From assembly GCA_030141605.1 (NCBI GenBank), contig JAQGDQ010000227.1:124001-188000 (forward strand): a stretch of 64,000 nucleotides of DNA, given 5' to 3'. The position numbers were made by a program, and so were the translations under genes. The stretch comes from Tubiluchus corallicola (taxonomy: Eukaryota; Animalia; Priapulida). Shown here piece by piece: positions 1-27,720 of the stretch (positions are counted from its first letter, which is position 1; each line of letters opens with the position of its first letter). Below the pieces are notes generated by a model, which made no database searches, had not been told where the DNA came from, and saw only the letters and a list, made by a program, of their open reading frames with translations.

Positions 1-399
1 TAACCATTAAGCGTTATTAACTGCAGTCAGTTAACCGTTTAATCGTTCACGGTGACATCATACATAGAGAAAATATGGTTTAAATCTAGCATATGCCAGC
101 GAAAGTGTCCAACATGGTGGCATCCATGTTACATACGCGAGTGAAAAAACTTTTTGCAATTTAACATTTAAATGCTTCTTAGGCAACCAGATTAATTGAA
201 ACAATGTTGTAAATAATACAATTTTATGTAAGCGTGACTTTGCTAACTGCGTGTGCCAGGTCAGATAAGATACAAGGTTTCATTAATATGGATACATAGA
301 AAACTTGACTAAGCAATGGTTAAACGGTTAGTGATTTTCTAAATGGCTACATCAATTAGCGGTCATTATACGCTTAAACGGTTGACCACCTCAGCCTTA
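1..399. mobile_element. Partial hAT-like MITE (one end in window)
   Basis: Subterminal TAACCG/CGGTTA repeats in both orientations, ending ...CTCAGCCTTA. Confidence 0.45.
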
Positions 400-524
400 A
401 TTTGGTCCCATCCCTAGCGACAAGTGATTCTGATTCATCTCCCGGAAAACTCTGATGTAAGTAAAACGCCTATATTTTAGGTGCCACTAACAAGAGCTAA
501 TCCTTGCAAGTGTCTGAAACTTAC

Positions 525-640
525 GTATCAAGTCGAATCTTTTTCAATGCAACCATCTGACCAGTCGTTTTGTCTTTCGCTTTATAAACAACACCATACG
601 TCCCTTCTCCAATTTTCTCAATCTTCTGGAAGTTGTCCAT
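525..640 (-). CDS. CDK2: Cyclin-dependent kinase 2 (CDK1/2/3 family), first coding exon; the rest of the gene lies left of the window
   Basis: Minus strand translates [38 protein letters not shown](T) with the GEGTYG loop and VALKK motif, ending at an AC|GTAAGT donor. The 116-nt phase-2 exon matches my recollection of vertebrate CDK2 exon 1. An in-frame upstream ATG at 655 could add MFEVG. Confidence 0.9.
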
Positions 641-2319
641 GCCCACTTCGAACATGAAGGTGTCGATGAGTTACCAAAGCCTCTAATTTATTCCATACGA
701 TGGCATAAAAAACTACATTTTGATGGAGAGCAACTTGCGATTCTAAGTATTAAATATGAGATCCAATATTCGCTGTTTGACAGAATGAGCTAAAAAATTT
801 AGAAACAAATTATTTACCGTTTTTACTAAAATGCTTGAGTAAATGATCAAGTAAAAACAGCAATTTTCCGATAAATTTTCCTAAGCATTGTAAGCCGTTT
901 ATTACAGTCATGGTTAACATATTCAATCGCTTAACTGACTCAAAGATGCCTGGTACGGGGCGCTCCTATTCAAATACACATAAAAACCATCGGTAATTGA
1001 CTCAAATAACTTAATTGACTCAATATTTTTCCTTCACTAACTTAAAATAAGACATTTGTATGTAGCCAAATAGTCTTTCCTACTTTTATGTCATCTTTAC
1101 TTCGCTTTTGTGCACTATAATATATGTAGAAAAATCATGTTCAGTACCATTTTGTTTGTAAGCAGGTACGTTTATCATGCACTAATATGTTAACATAGCA
1201 GTTTTGCTTTGAATCTGTTACTCGCTTGTCCAATGCAATTTCATCGCGAGAAAATGAAACAGCCAACTTTGAAGGAAGTTTTGTAGATAAACAGACTTGT
1301 GTGATTTAGAAAAGTATATATTTTAATTTATTGTTAATTCACTTATATAAATTACTATTTTAAACCATTGTTAACTGCAGAAAGGAATTTAGGCATTACT
1401 TCTAAAATTCATGAAGTCTCTACAGTGAATCCTAAACTGATGACTCATACTTCTATACCAGTAATACTACACTCGTCGGTTAATTGGAAAAACACATTTC
1501 GTTCCCAAAGTGAGTCTATTAAGCGGTGCCTACTGCATTCGGTTTGTTAAATATAATTTCCACCGAATGGGACAAATGTTAAAAAAGTGACATTGGTATA
1601 CCAAACCTCTAGAGATTACTTGTGAAATACCTGTGGTATATATAGTATAATCAATGAAAATACTTCGAAGTGCATAAGATTACGTATAATTACTGATTAT
1701 ACAACCAAAGTTTACCGGACCTGATTTTTATACTGTCTTTGGGGGGAAATACAGTGGTGTGAATATTCGATTTATCCCTATGTTACAGACGAATTCAACC
1801 GGGAACCCGAGATTGGACAGTAGCGCTTACCTATATCATATGTGGCATGTAATCATTGAGGGGACTACAGGCACAATTGAAGCCACAGTGTTTCAACAGT
1901 TTCGAGTTAGGAGCAACAAATTTTTCATTAACGATTTTCAATAATCCAACAACCACAAACTTACTGCCTGGTTTCTTGCTAGGCTTCAATTTTTTAAGGT
2001 GTACAAATAACTAAAACTCTAGATCCGACCACGTTTTCTCATACAAATACGTGCATGAGCCAAAGAATGTCTAAAAATTTACGCCTCATTAATACTAATA
2101 GTGTGATAAATAATGGCAGCCAATCATTATGAAAGTGTTAGTTACTTAGTAGTTTTTCATCAGAAAAATCTTTTCAGTTTATAAGTAGCGAAACTGAAAT
2201 AAAGGTAAATTGAGTAACTTACGCTTATTTTAATAATAAACTTGCTTAAATATTATACAATAAGTAAAATAAGAAACTCAATCATTTACACAAATTTCAT
2301 GAAAATATCGTAAACAAAG

Positions 2320-2650
2320 TAAATTCGCGCGTTCAAATCACGTGACAAAAGGCGTACTAAGTTAAAGTCATTTTGGATTTATTAACAGTTATAATTTAGG
2401 GTGCCAAAAATTACAACCCAATTTGCATGCTTGCGCAAAGTACAGATTAATTCGCTTGACATTTGAATACAAGAAACTGCTGTAATAAACTTAAACAGCA
2501 CAAAACAAAATTATAATTTAATGAGCAACTGCAAGCTGTATTGACCTTAAACGCAAACTGAATCGAAAGATATCCCAGAATTCATTGAAACGCAAGCGCA
2601 TTTTGAGAAAACGTGACAAGCAGTTTTACATTATTTTCGACGGTTTTTGC
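2320..2650. promoter_or_regulatory. Likely shared CDK2/PSMA4 promoter region
   Basis: Head-to-head genes; E2F-like TTCGCGCG at about 2324, TCACGTGAC E-box at 2338, local CpG enrichment. Confidence 0.45.
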
Positions 2651-2683
2651 AGATTTGCTTTTGTAACTGGATTACCATTTTAA

Positions 2684-3802
<1,119 letters not shown>

Positions 3803-4204
3803 TGTACAATAGTTAAGCATTATTTTAGAGTAATCTAATTTATCAGCATTTGCAAATTCGTTGTTGGTGTTTAAGTGAATTCATATTTAGATGAATAAAA
3901 GCAAGTATGCTATAACTTTCAAAAAACATTGACAACATTTTAAGTTTCCTCGTGAAACATTCAACTAGCTTAAAACTGGTGGATTTTTGTACACTTCCCT
4001 TTCTAGAAAAAAATAATAAAACTGCCAGAGTTATATTGCTTTTGAAATGCTTGGGAAGTGTATTTTGACTGTCATGGTGAGATACACACAGGTCGTGAAT
4101 TTTTGTTTATCTCGTGTTCGATAGACAATTGACATTTCTTTTGAATCATTAAGAATTATTCAGTTATGTATAAATGCACTGAAGGGTGATATTGTTATTC
4201 ATGT

Positions 4205-4805
4205 TTAATAGAAGACGGGATGATTCTACACCTTTTTCAAATAAGATAAAAGTCTACGTTTTAACACAATTTATACTGCAAAAGCATTTCTGATCATTAA
4301 AAATAATAGATTAAAAATTTAATTAACGGCAGGCAAGTCCAACTGTTGATGACATCACAAACTAATATAATTTTACGAGCAAAAATGTTCCACCTGCGTG
4401 TTGCACATGTTTGTGAAAGTGAAAATTGAAGTGCAGTGCTACTATAAGGTGTTCAGTGTGTTGTACTAAAACTAGGCAAGTTTTAAGATAAAAGTTCAAA
4501 TTTCAAATTTAACACTGTGCTCACGCATGAGCTGTCGGACGTTTGCCACAAACAATGAACTGAGGTACAGCACTTGTTTTTTGTACAATGCATTTCCGAA
4601 ATACAGGCGCTAGTGCCCATCTGACTAGCAAATGGCGAAATGCACGTAACAGCAAAGAACTAGTGGCACGAACGTGAAATTGTATTTGTGCGGTAATAAT
4701 TCTTTCATGTAAGTCATTTTTGAAAAAGTCGTATGTTTCTTTTCAATATTTTAAAGAGTAGATTGTTTTGACTACAGTTCAAGATTGGGTTCGGTTTTGC
4801 TTTAA
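4205..4805 (+). mobile_element. Kolobok-like non-autonomous DNA transposon, family A copy 1
   Basis: TTAA at both ends; colinear along its length with 13961-14509; empty site visible in the adjacent duplication near 5235. Confidence 0.75.
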
Positions 4806-5441
4806 GTAAATTGTCTTCAAATGAGCCATGGTTGTTATCCCGTTTGTGTATTTATCTAGCATTGCAGTGATATTTTGTTGTACTTATCACTGGCAGTGTT
4901 GAGTTTTTTGTACACAATTTTGTCATTTTTGTGAAAACCGTGAACAATAATATTACTAGGGTATTCCTGCAACTTGATTCATTTTTGTACTGTAATTGAC
5001 TGCGTGCCGATTTTGAATATAAACTGCCTTTTTGCAAATAAATTAAAAACTGTCAGAGTATTGCTGTGCTTGGGAAGTCTATTTTGACTGTCATGATAGG
5101 ATAGACACAAAAAAATCATGAAATTTTATTCATCTCATATTCGGTCAACAATTGACATTGTCCATCGATAAACTAAGAAAAAAGTTAAACAGTTGCATAT
5201 GAATGCACCGGAGGATGACTTTGTTATCAGTGTTTGAGTAAATTGTTCTTCGAATGAGACTCGTGTTATGACATTAAATTGTATTTGCCTAGCAAATTGT
5301 TCAAAATCTTGAAAACAACTAAATAGTCAAAAACCCGAGAAAGCGTAAAGGTTCTCATTAACTAATTACAAAGATAGTTTTACAATGGGAAGCGGCACTT
5401 TCAAAAGCAGATTCCCTGATTGCTTAACTTCCCTCTCTTAA

Positions 5442-6047
5442 CATTTATAGGGTCACGATTTTTTACAACTGATTTTGGTAACCGGGGGGTAAAAAATTAC
5501 CCCCACCATGATTCGTAAATTATTTTTGATAAACCACCGTGTTTCATTAGTAAGCAGCAACAGCATAATTTGTGGATATGCTGACCACCATAGGATACAT
5601 TATACCTCTGCTTAAAGACGTGTGACTTACTAGTAATACGAAATTTAAATTCAGTTACGTTCCCTTATCTATGCTAGAATAACTGTAGACAACCGACATT
5701 GCTAGCGCGTGTGCAAAAATCATTGTTATTTTGAATTTATTGTCTACTACTTTCTTGTTTTAGGTGGATTAATTTGAGTAACTGACATTTTGTTTTATCA
5801 GATACATCGCCCGTATAATGTATAGACAAGCGAAGTAAAGTTTCGACAATTTTAACGACATATTGCATTATCGCTTTTATTTTGTAGTGAGACAATGCGC
5901 CTAAAATAAATAACTGAAAGTATTTTGTGCACAAAACATATTTAGAAAAAGTCATAGAAAAGGTTTATTGGGGTGCGTATGGTAAAAGGGTAAAATGCAA
6001 AAAACTGGTCTGGTGGTAATTTTTACTACCCGGTGACCCTATAAGGG
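5442..6047. mobile_element. piggyBac-like MITE
   Basis: TTAA flanks (5438-5441, 6048-6051); TIR (C)ATTTATAGGGTCAC / GTGACCCTATAAGGG plus an internal inverted GTAAAAATTACC..CCA block. Confidence 0.75.
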
Positions 6048-6773
6048 TTAAGAGGTCAGTAAGGAAATAGGAATTGTCAAGGTCATACATAGGACTGTCA
6101 GAATTTTAGCACAAAGCAGGTGCCATAAATTTATTAGCATCAGGACTCTGCAAGTACTTTTCAACATCTGACACCATAATATATGTATGGTGATACTTTT
6201 AAGTATTAAAATCGTTCAAATACAGCCTCCTTACAAGGACTTCATTACACAGCTAAATGTTCTGCTCCTTGATCATCCTCTTCATGCATTCTAGATATGT
6301 AGAACATATCTAGTATAAAACACGAACTCTGTAGTAAGATACCAAAACAGGTTGAAGCCATTTGGTATTCGAATTTTCAGGTAGCCTAAGTACAGGTAAG
6401 CAGAGAAATGAGCGGCCAGAGCCGTCTAGTGTCAAAATCTTACAAAAACAATGTTATATAAGTTTAAATAAACAGTACAATAAATCAATAAGGAAATTAG
6501 ATAATTAATTATGCACACACAACATCATAGGAAAGATATGTCAAAATAGGTGTTGCGACAATGATGGGTGGTATAACCGATCATCACAAGTTGTTATTAA
6601 ATTATACAACTGAAGCCCGATTTAGAATTGGAAAACCGACTAGCAATTGTGGTTATTGACCATAAAATTTTATTGAGTAAGCATGATGATCATTGAATTT
6701 CTAAAGAGATGCACCTTTCATAATTTCATATGCACCCTGTGCAGACTGAACAGTCATGAACTAAGATGTTACC

Positions 6774-7037
6774 AGACGGTTTAGTCTAGTGGTAGTGCGT
6801 CTGCTTTCCGTCTGGGAGGTCGTGAGTTTGAACCAGCGGCCGGGTCAAACAAAGACTTTAAAAATGGTACCTGCTGTTGCCCTGCCTGACGCGTGTTATT
6901 TAAAGGTAAAAGTGGGGTAATAATAGTTTCTGTTATGCAGTTGTAGGTTGTTATTTACAGTCGGCGATAATAGCTCTTTGAGCTAATGTTAATTGTTGAC
7001 CCAAAAGCCGACTTTAAATAAAGATTATTATTATTAT
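6774..7037 (+). mobile_element. tRNA-derived SINE
   Basis: A-box TAGTCTAGTGG, B-box-like GTTTGAACC, central AAAGACTTTAAAAATGGTACCTGCTG (resembles a conserved metazoan SINE core, from memory), (ATT)n tail; 3' part recurs at 18445-18550. Confidence 0.75.
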
Positions 7038-7716
7038 GTCAAAAGCTACCTATGTTGACGTACGCTAAAGTAGGAACTTCCATTCTATTATTGTGAAAAA
7101 TAGTAAAAATTTAATAAAAATATGTTGAAAAACTTCAGATGATCAAATTTCCACAGTTCCATTCATGAATCAGAATCCCAAAAAATGGTTTTAAGCAAGT
7201 GATTATGATCTTTGATATGATTCACGCTTTCACGGCCATTACTGGATCAATGATTTTCATCAGCACACATTTTGCCACTTTCAAATGCATGTACATGCAT
7301 GCTAAATTTCAAATTCTTGTGTTTACTTAGTGACAAAATACTATCTTTCAAACCATGTTGTCTGTACTGGACAGTGCTGCCCTCTGAGGCCAGCAGGCAG
7401 TTACCTCAACTTACCTGTCAGGTGATTTCATGGTTGATGACTTTAAGTACCTGGCTTTGTGAAATGCTACAGACACTTGGCCTTTATATGTTGGGTCTGG
7501 TCACATGAAATTTTCAGATTTGTGTCTAGTTAACCAAATTATTGTTTCCTGCTGTCTGCAGTTGCAATTGGTGTTTATTGTCTGTTACAGTTCTCTAACG
7601 TTTCGGCAAGGATAATAAACAACTAATGTACACACTTATGTCTGGACTTGATGTTTGAATTGGACTGTTTGAGCATTCTTGGTCATTCTTGATGAAATGG
7701 CTCATGCATGCTACAT

Positions 7717-8105
7717 CAGGGGTCTGCAAACTGCGGCCCGCGAAGAGGTTTGTCAACGTAATGAAAGTGCAGCCCACGTGATCCAGCTGAGTCTGCACAA
7801 ATATCGCAAAGACAGTGCGGGTAGTTTTTTCCTCTAGATCGGATGGCATTAACCCTTACAAGACCATTGTCACTTAATATCACTGTATGACATGATGAAA
7901 TATGGTTTTTAATATAAATTTTAATAACTTCTAAAATGGTTTCTTGAGTGTAGTAGTGCAGTAGTAATGATGTGACAGGCCGGATGCAGAAAAATCGTTA
8001 TTAGGTCCTACTGTACTTGGCTCCTTGACCAAACTGCATGCGACCCACAGGAATTGCGGGAAAGTTTAATGTGGCCCGGCTAGTCAGATAATTTGCACAC
8101 CCCTG
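7717..8105. mobile_element. hAT (Charlie-like) MITE
   Basis: TIRs CAGGGGTCTGCAAA / TTTGCACACCCCTG; perfect 8-bp TSD TGCTACAT (7709-7716, 8106-8113). Confidence 0.9.
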
Positions 8106-8187
8106 TGCTACATTGTCATTAGCAACATTTTGAACCACCATCGAATAACTAGCAATACCAATCAGACTTCTTTTATTTTTTTAATAA

Positions 8188-10569
8188 TTTATTCGCATAG
8201 TATGCAAACAACTGATGAGATAGCCAATTCCAGGTTTACTTGGCCTTTCACACGTTGGACATGTTTGCAATTTCTGAACTAATATAATAATGAGAGAAAG
8301 GAAAACCGGAATACTCAACAAGATTAATACTAATAACGCTAGCTATACAGACAGTAGATACCCATAGAAATTTATGCAGCAGTTTCTTACAAACAGCAAA
8401 CTGCCAACATGCAAAAGGAAAACGTATATAAGTCTTATCACAAAACTATCTTTATTACAACTGGAAGTTAAAAATAATTGTCAAATAGCTGCACTTAACT
8501 TTGACGGACCAATATCTAAAAAAATGCAGTAGCCCTAATACACATACAGCAAATAACAGTCGCAGAAGTTTGCAAAAGAATATCAGCTCTTGAAGAAATA
8601 TCTGGCACTATATGCCTCAATTTAAGTGGCGCACAAAGCTGTGAAATTTGAAACTAAAATTCAATCAACTAACCGAGGTTCAACTTGCTTATGGGTGATA
8701 CCTGCATACGCCTTATGAATTATAGACAGAGATACGATATCAAAGTTGTGTTACAAGAACAATCTTATAAGCGATTAAGATAAAAAATCCGGCATGTTTG
8801 AACAGCTAAGTTACAAAACATACAAAACAATTTTTCTCGTAGCTACATCAGTTTTCAGCATATACAAAATACCCAAACTCTGCGGCAAATAATCTCCTGG
8901 AAGTTGAAAATAATCACAGCATTACTGACTATGGAAAGTAAAAAAATGTTTAAAGGCATTAAATACTCATTAGTTAAAACAAAACTTTTGTTTTCAGTGA
9001 GCTTAATCGACTCTTGTGGGGTTAGGGGCTAACAAACAATTCTGCAACCTAGCACTTTGTTGCCAGGGTTAGAAAGTATCAAATTACAGTGGCTAAAGCG
9101 GCACTTTTATAATCTAGATAACAGAAACCTCACGCAGATACGCCTTTGTAACTTAATTTCATAATGTTAGCAAAATAACGTCCTCAAAAATTTCGTTTTT
9201 ATTTGCGTTAGCTACAAGTGGCGCCACCTGCAAAGTCGTTCATAACCAGAAAATACGAAAAAATGGCAAAGACGTGGGACGTGGCAAATACAGACCTGCG
9301 ATGGTTCACCGGGGAGAAACCTGCTGTCATACTTTCATACCACAGCACTAATAATTCCTAAATGTACTCTTGTTACATATAGCACATCAACGAGGTGAAA
9401 ATGCATCAGAAAATCAACATGCTATAAGTTGTGAGTAGCTTAACTTACAGGAAAAATTAAAAGCTTAAACTGCACACATGTATACAGTTTATATTCCATA
9501 CAAAGAATGCTAGTAGCATTTTCATACAATTTGCCTGTTTTATGAAACTTTTATATACATAACAGACAACAGAAGCCAAGATAGCAAGAAAAGGAATAGA
9601 CACAATTATGTTAATGCAACACTTTTACTAGTAGGTCTATTTAATCTGTAAAATGAAAATAGGTGATGCTAGCTGATCAGCTGTGCATATCGTTCATAAT
9701 GTAGGTTGAAAAATGTCAACATTTATAGAAACGCACGAAAAAATCCCAACCCTTGAAAACACAGGACACAATAAAAACCACTCTGACTCAATAGAAAAAG
9801 TACTGCAGCTACAGAATTATTGTAAACATGGACAAGTATTGGAACAGAACATAGAAAACGAAATGTACTATATAAACCTTATCACTAATGGGCGATTGTG
9901 TGTGAAATACTCAACACTATTATACTGAATGCCAGAATAGTTCAGCAGAATTACAGCCGAAATAAGTTACTAAATGCGAACACTGGATTAATAACTTTAG
10001 ACTTTTGCGGTTCTTAACAGGAAAAGCATACAAAAGTTTTTTACATCTTGCAGTTGACAACAAAAATGGACAGTAAAAAGAAAACATTTTTCGACTAAAA
10101 TGGACGTAAATGTGACGAAATTTTTAAGTACAAATAGATGCCTCATATCTGAAGTAAGTTGTCATCTGGATTCTGATGACTGCAGACGGTATTAACTAGT
10201 ATACATATCCACAAAAGGACAGTGTGGGAAAGAGCAAAGGTGTGTTCAGAACCTGCATAAGAAATGTTTGTACATACGTCCATACAACAGCTTCAACCAT
10301 AAAATATATGACAAAGGCATATAGAAAACAAAAGGTACACACACATTGCTTCATGTACGAAACTAAAAACAAAATTTAGTATACATATTCAAAGTCTATG
10401 AGCACTGCTCAGCACCAGCCAGATCATAGATATGCACAAATAAACATATCCGAGTTTTGAATAAATCAAGCTACAAATTGCTTAACATAGCTTAAATTAA
10501 TGAAGGTAACATCACTGCATTTGTGCGCGTGTCCTTCCCACGGCTGATGCGGCGATCATCCGGCAGCAC
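8188..10569 (-). other. Probable long (about 2.4 kb) U-rich 3' UTR of CK2 alpha
   Basis: Apparently repeat-free and U-rich on the minus strand; AATAAA on the minus strand at 8188-8193, 8172-8177 and 8451-8456. Confidence 0.5.
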
Positions 10570-24787
<14,218 letters not shown>

Positions 24788-25261
24788 TTTCTTAATATAT
24801 TGTGGAGAATGAGTCCTGTGTCCTATTAAGTGGTAAGCTCTCAAGTGAGATGCAGAAACAGTCTTCTGCCGGCGTAACTCCCGGAGTAGTGACCGCTTTG
24901 TCCAGATAGCTGTACGTATTGCACTTGGCCAGGCCACAGTAAATGTCTTGTGGACCAACAACTTGTGGCCCACGAAAGAGTTGCTGGACCCGACTGCTGA
25001 TTACTAGTGAAGAGTTGACCTGCAAAGAAAATTCACTTTTTTTACAAAAATCACACAACATGTTCAATAATTGTTTAATAAATTACTAATAATCACAGCA
25101 GTTACGACAAGTGGTTAACCACATAGCTGAAAAGTTGTGAATGTCATCGTCACCCACAGCAAGCATTAACAGTATGCCTTTCTTGAACCATTCACCAACT
25201 ACGTGGCTTGGTCGCTGGCTTATTTTGGCCGTGAAGACAAAGCACATGACCACTTGGCTAT

Positions 25262-25831
25262 TAGGCATATAACGTATACACGATGGATCGTGACACCTTT
25301 CATTACAATATATCATTAAAGTGCACCAGAATCATGATAATCTGAGTCAATGATATTTAGAAAATTAGGAGGCACTTGACCTATGCTAACAAAAACAATG
25401 TGTAGTAATTTAAGCTGCAGCTGTAGACTGTACTCTACATGCATAACAATCAGTGCAGTTAATACTAGTTGACTTGGCAAAATCAGTGTTAACAGCCAGA
25501 GGGGTTGAAAACACAAGGTGTTTAATCTGTAGTATGTTAATTACGTTGTTTGCATATCAAGTTGTGAAATGGCAAATGTGAACCAGAAAATGCGCAAGCA
25601 AACAATACGTTTTGCTTTTCCGGTGGCTTACAATACTAATAGCCTCACATTACACGAGTAATAAATAAAAATCAAACACTTTGTAGAGTTAGAAATCTTA
25701 AAATTGTAGATTGATGTTTAAAGTTTATTAAAAACGGCTTCATCTAGCTTTTTTTTAAAGTATGCAAACATTAACTCAGATGTATCATGATGCGTATCGT
25801 ATCATGACCTAGGAGTATCGTAACAGCCCTA
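25262..25831. mobile_element. hAT MITE
   Basis: 8-bp TSD TTGGCTAT on both sides; TAGG... / ...CAGCCCTA ends; TATCGT subterminal repeats. Confidence 0.75.
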
Positions 25832-27501
25832 TTGGCTATTAGCCCGTCCTAATGTACAGAACCAATTACATTACAGTTGCCACGGTCCTTGGCAAAAAAT
25901 AATGCAGTCTGCTGTTGTATCTAATAGTCCTAAAATACATATCGAGGCCTATATGTCACATTACCCTGACGACAAATTGTCCATACATGAGCTACTCATA
26001 GCTCATGTGGTACGACAGAAAGCACAAAATACAAAACATAAAAGAAGTGAAATTTTTAGCAGAATTTTGATGAGTGTCAATAAATTATGTTAAGTCCAAC
26101 GATACATGATAGTGATATAATTGTACATTTTCACTTGTTGCCAGCACTGAATTTACAAACCGAAATTTATCAAACATAGAAAACTAATACTGAAATGAAA
26201 CCGAACCGAAACATTTCTGCAAAACCAAGTATTATTAAAATTGAAAAAAGAACATTCTAAAATAAGTAAAGTATTTTGTTTTTTGTTTGTCTGCTTTTAT
26301 TTGCTGAGATACAAAAGTACTGATAAAAAACATTAAAGATAAACAAATTTCATTTTGTAGATATTTTGTTGCCTATTTTTCATAAAGCCCTAAAAATGCT
26401 ACGGAAAATTATCCGAAATTTCGGCTACGAAACTTAATAAATTGTGCCAAAACCGAAAGTGCAATTATCAGCAACCGAACCGAAAATTTCATTTCGGCAA
26501 TATTTCTGATCACCTCCCAATTTGAGTATAGATTTGCAGCGGTGTGCATATAGTGTGATGAGCACAATAGTCATATACAACGATCAACTCACACGGATAT
26601 ATCTATAGCTGCTTCAAATTACCTAGGTAAGCAAACTAGGCTAAAGCAAGTATGAAACAGTAGGCAGTTTTTAGCCACTACAAGCTAAAATTTAAAATCC
26701 TTGAAGCTTGAAATAAATTGGACATCTAAAGAGAATGACACAGCCTGTCTTTCTTTCTCGCAACTAAAGTTTTAACCTGTCACAAAAACAACTTGTTTCA
26801 AATACCAGAGCTACACTGTTTGGATAGTTTTTATTGCGACTTGTAGTAACTAAATGATCATGACATTTACAAAATGACTTAATGAGATTACAGTTTTACC
26901 AATTAACTTACATTCTAGTTTTAGCCTAAATTAGATAACCGACTTAGTCGTACATTGGTGATGGCTTTGATGTGTTCTTAAATTTTACTATTACCCAGTT
27001 AGCTCACCTCACAAACGTGGTTTTAAGACTGCTTAAAACTTTTACGTGAAACACGCAGTTCATTCAGTTACAAAATGCAAAGTTGGTACTCACTATATGG
27101 ATGTCTAGACAATTAGCATTTTTTCTTGTAATCTGACTCACTTCAAATCTTTATCAATATTTGAATTTTACACAACTACATTGGTAATGACACCACAGAG
27201 TTTCCAATTATCATAAGCAAAACGTTTTTAGTGGAAGCTTTTCAAACAATGGATTCAGGTTAAAACCAGTCACCAATATTGGCAGTGGTAAAAAGTGAAA
27301 GTATTACATATATATACTGTTAAGTTTAATGGCGTGTCACAGTTCGCAGTCAACGCAACCCGCAGTCGCTATAGCCCCGCTTCCAACATCTATAGTTTTG
27401 TTCATTACCAAGTAACATAACCCCAACAGTCACCCTATATTCATGTATACTGTATCAAGCGAAAGCTGTAGAAAGGTAGCCACATTCTTGACGATCGTTA
27501 C

Positions 27502-27720
27502 CTTCGCCTTAATTATCACTCTATGGAATTAGTAGCTTTGTTAATTTCAGATAGATTTTTAAGCTAACCTCGGCAAAACTACTTAAATGGAAGAACTATT
27601 AATCCACAATAAAGGAGTCAATATAATTTTATGCACGACAGAAAATAGAAATGGCGTCGACAAGAAGCTCTGTTCGTATCATTCGCAGCTTTTCTGGCCA
27701 TTCTCTGCGACGCCTATATG
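27502..27720 (-). promoter_or_regulatory. Probable CK2 alpha promoter and non-coding first exon
   Basis: CpG-richer patch, YY1-type GACGCCATTT on the minus strand near 27649-27658, AG|GTAACG donor at 27501; strand composition flips near here. Confidence 0.5.

Noticed and set aside
5269-5285. TGACATTAAATTGTAT, similar to the left half of the composite element (also at about 18523)
   Set aside because: No ATTGG at +41-43; lies in a duplication or SINE tail
6774-6850. tRNA gene
   Set aside because: Degenerate B-box, no clear acceptor stem, continues into a SINE body with an (ATT)n tail
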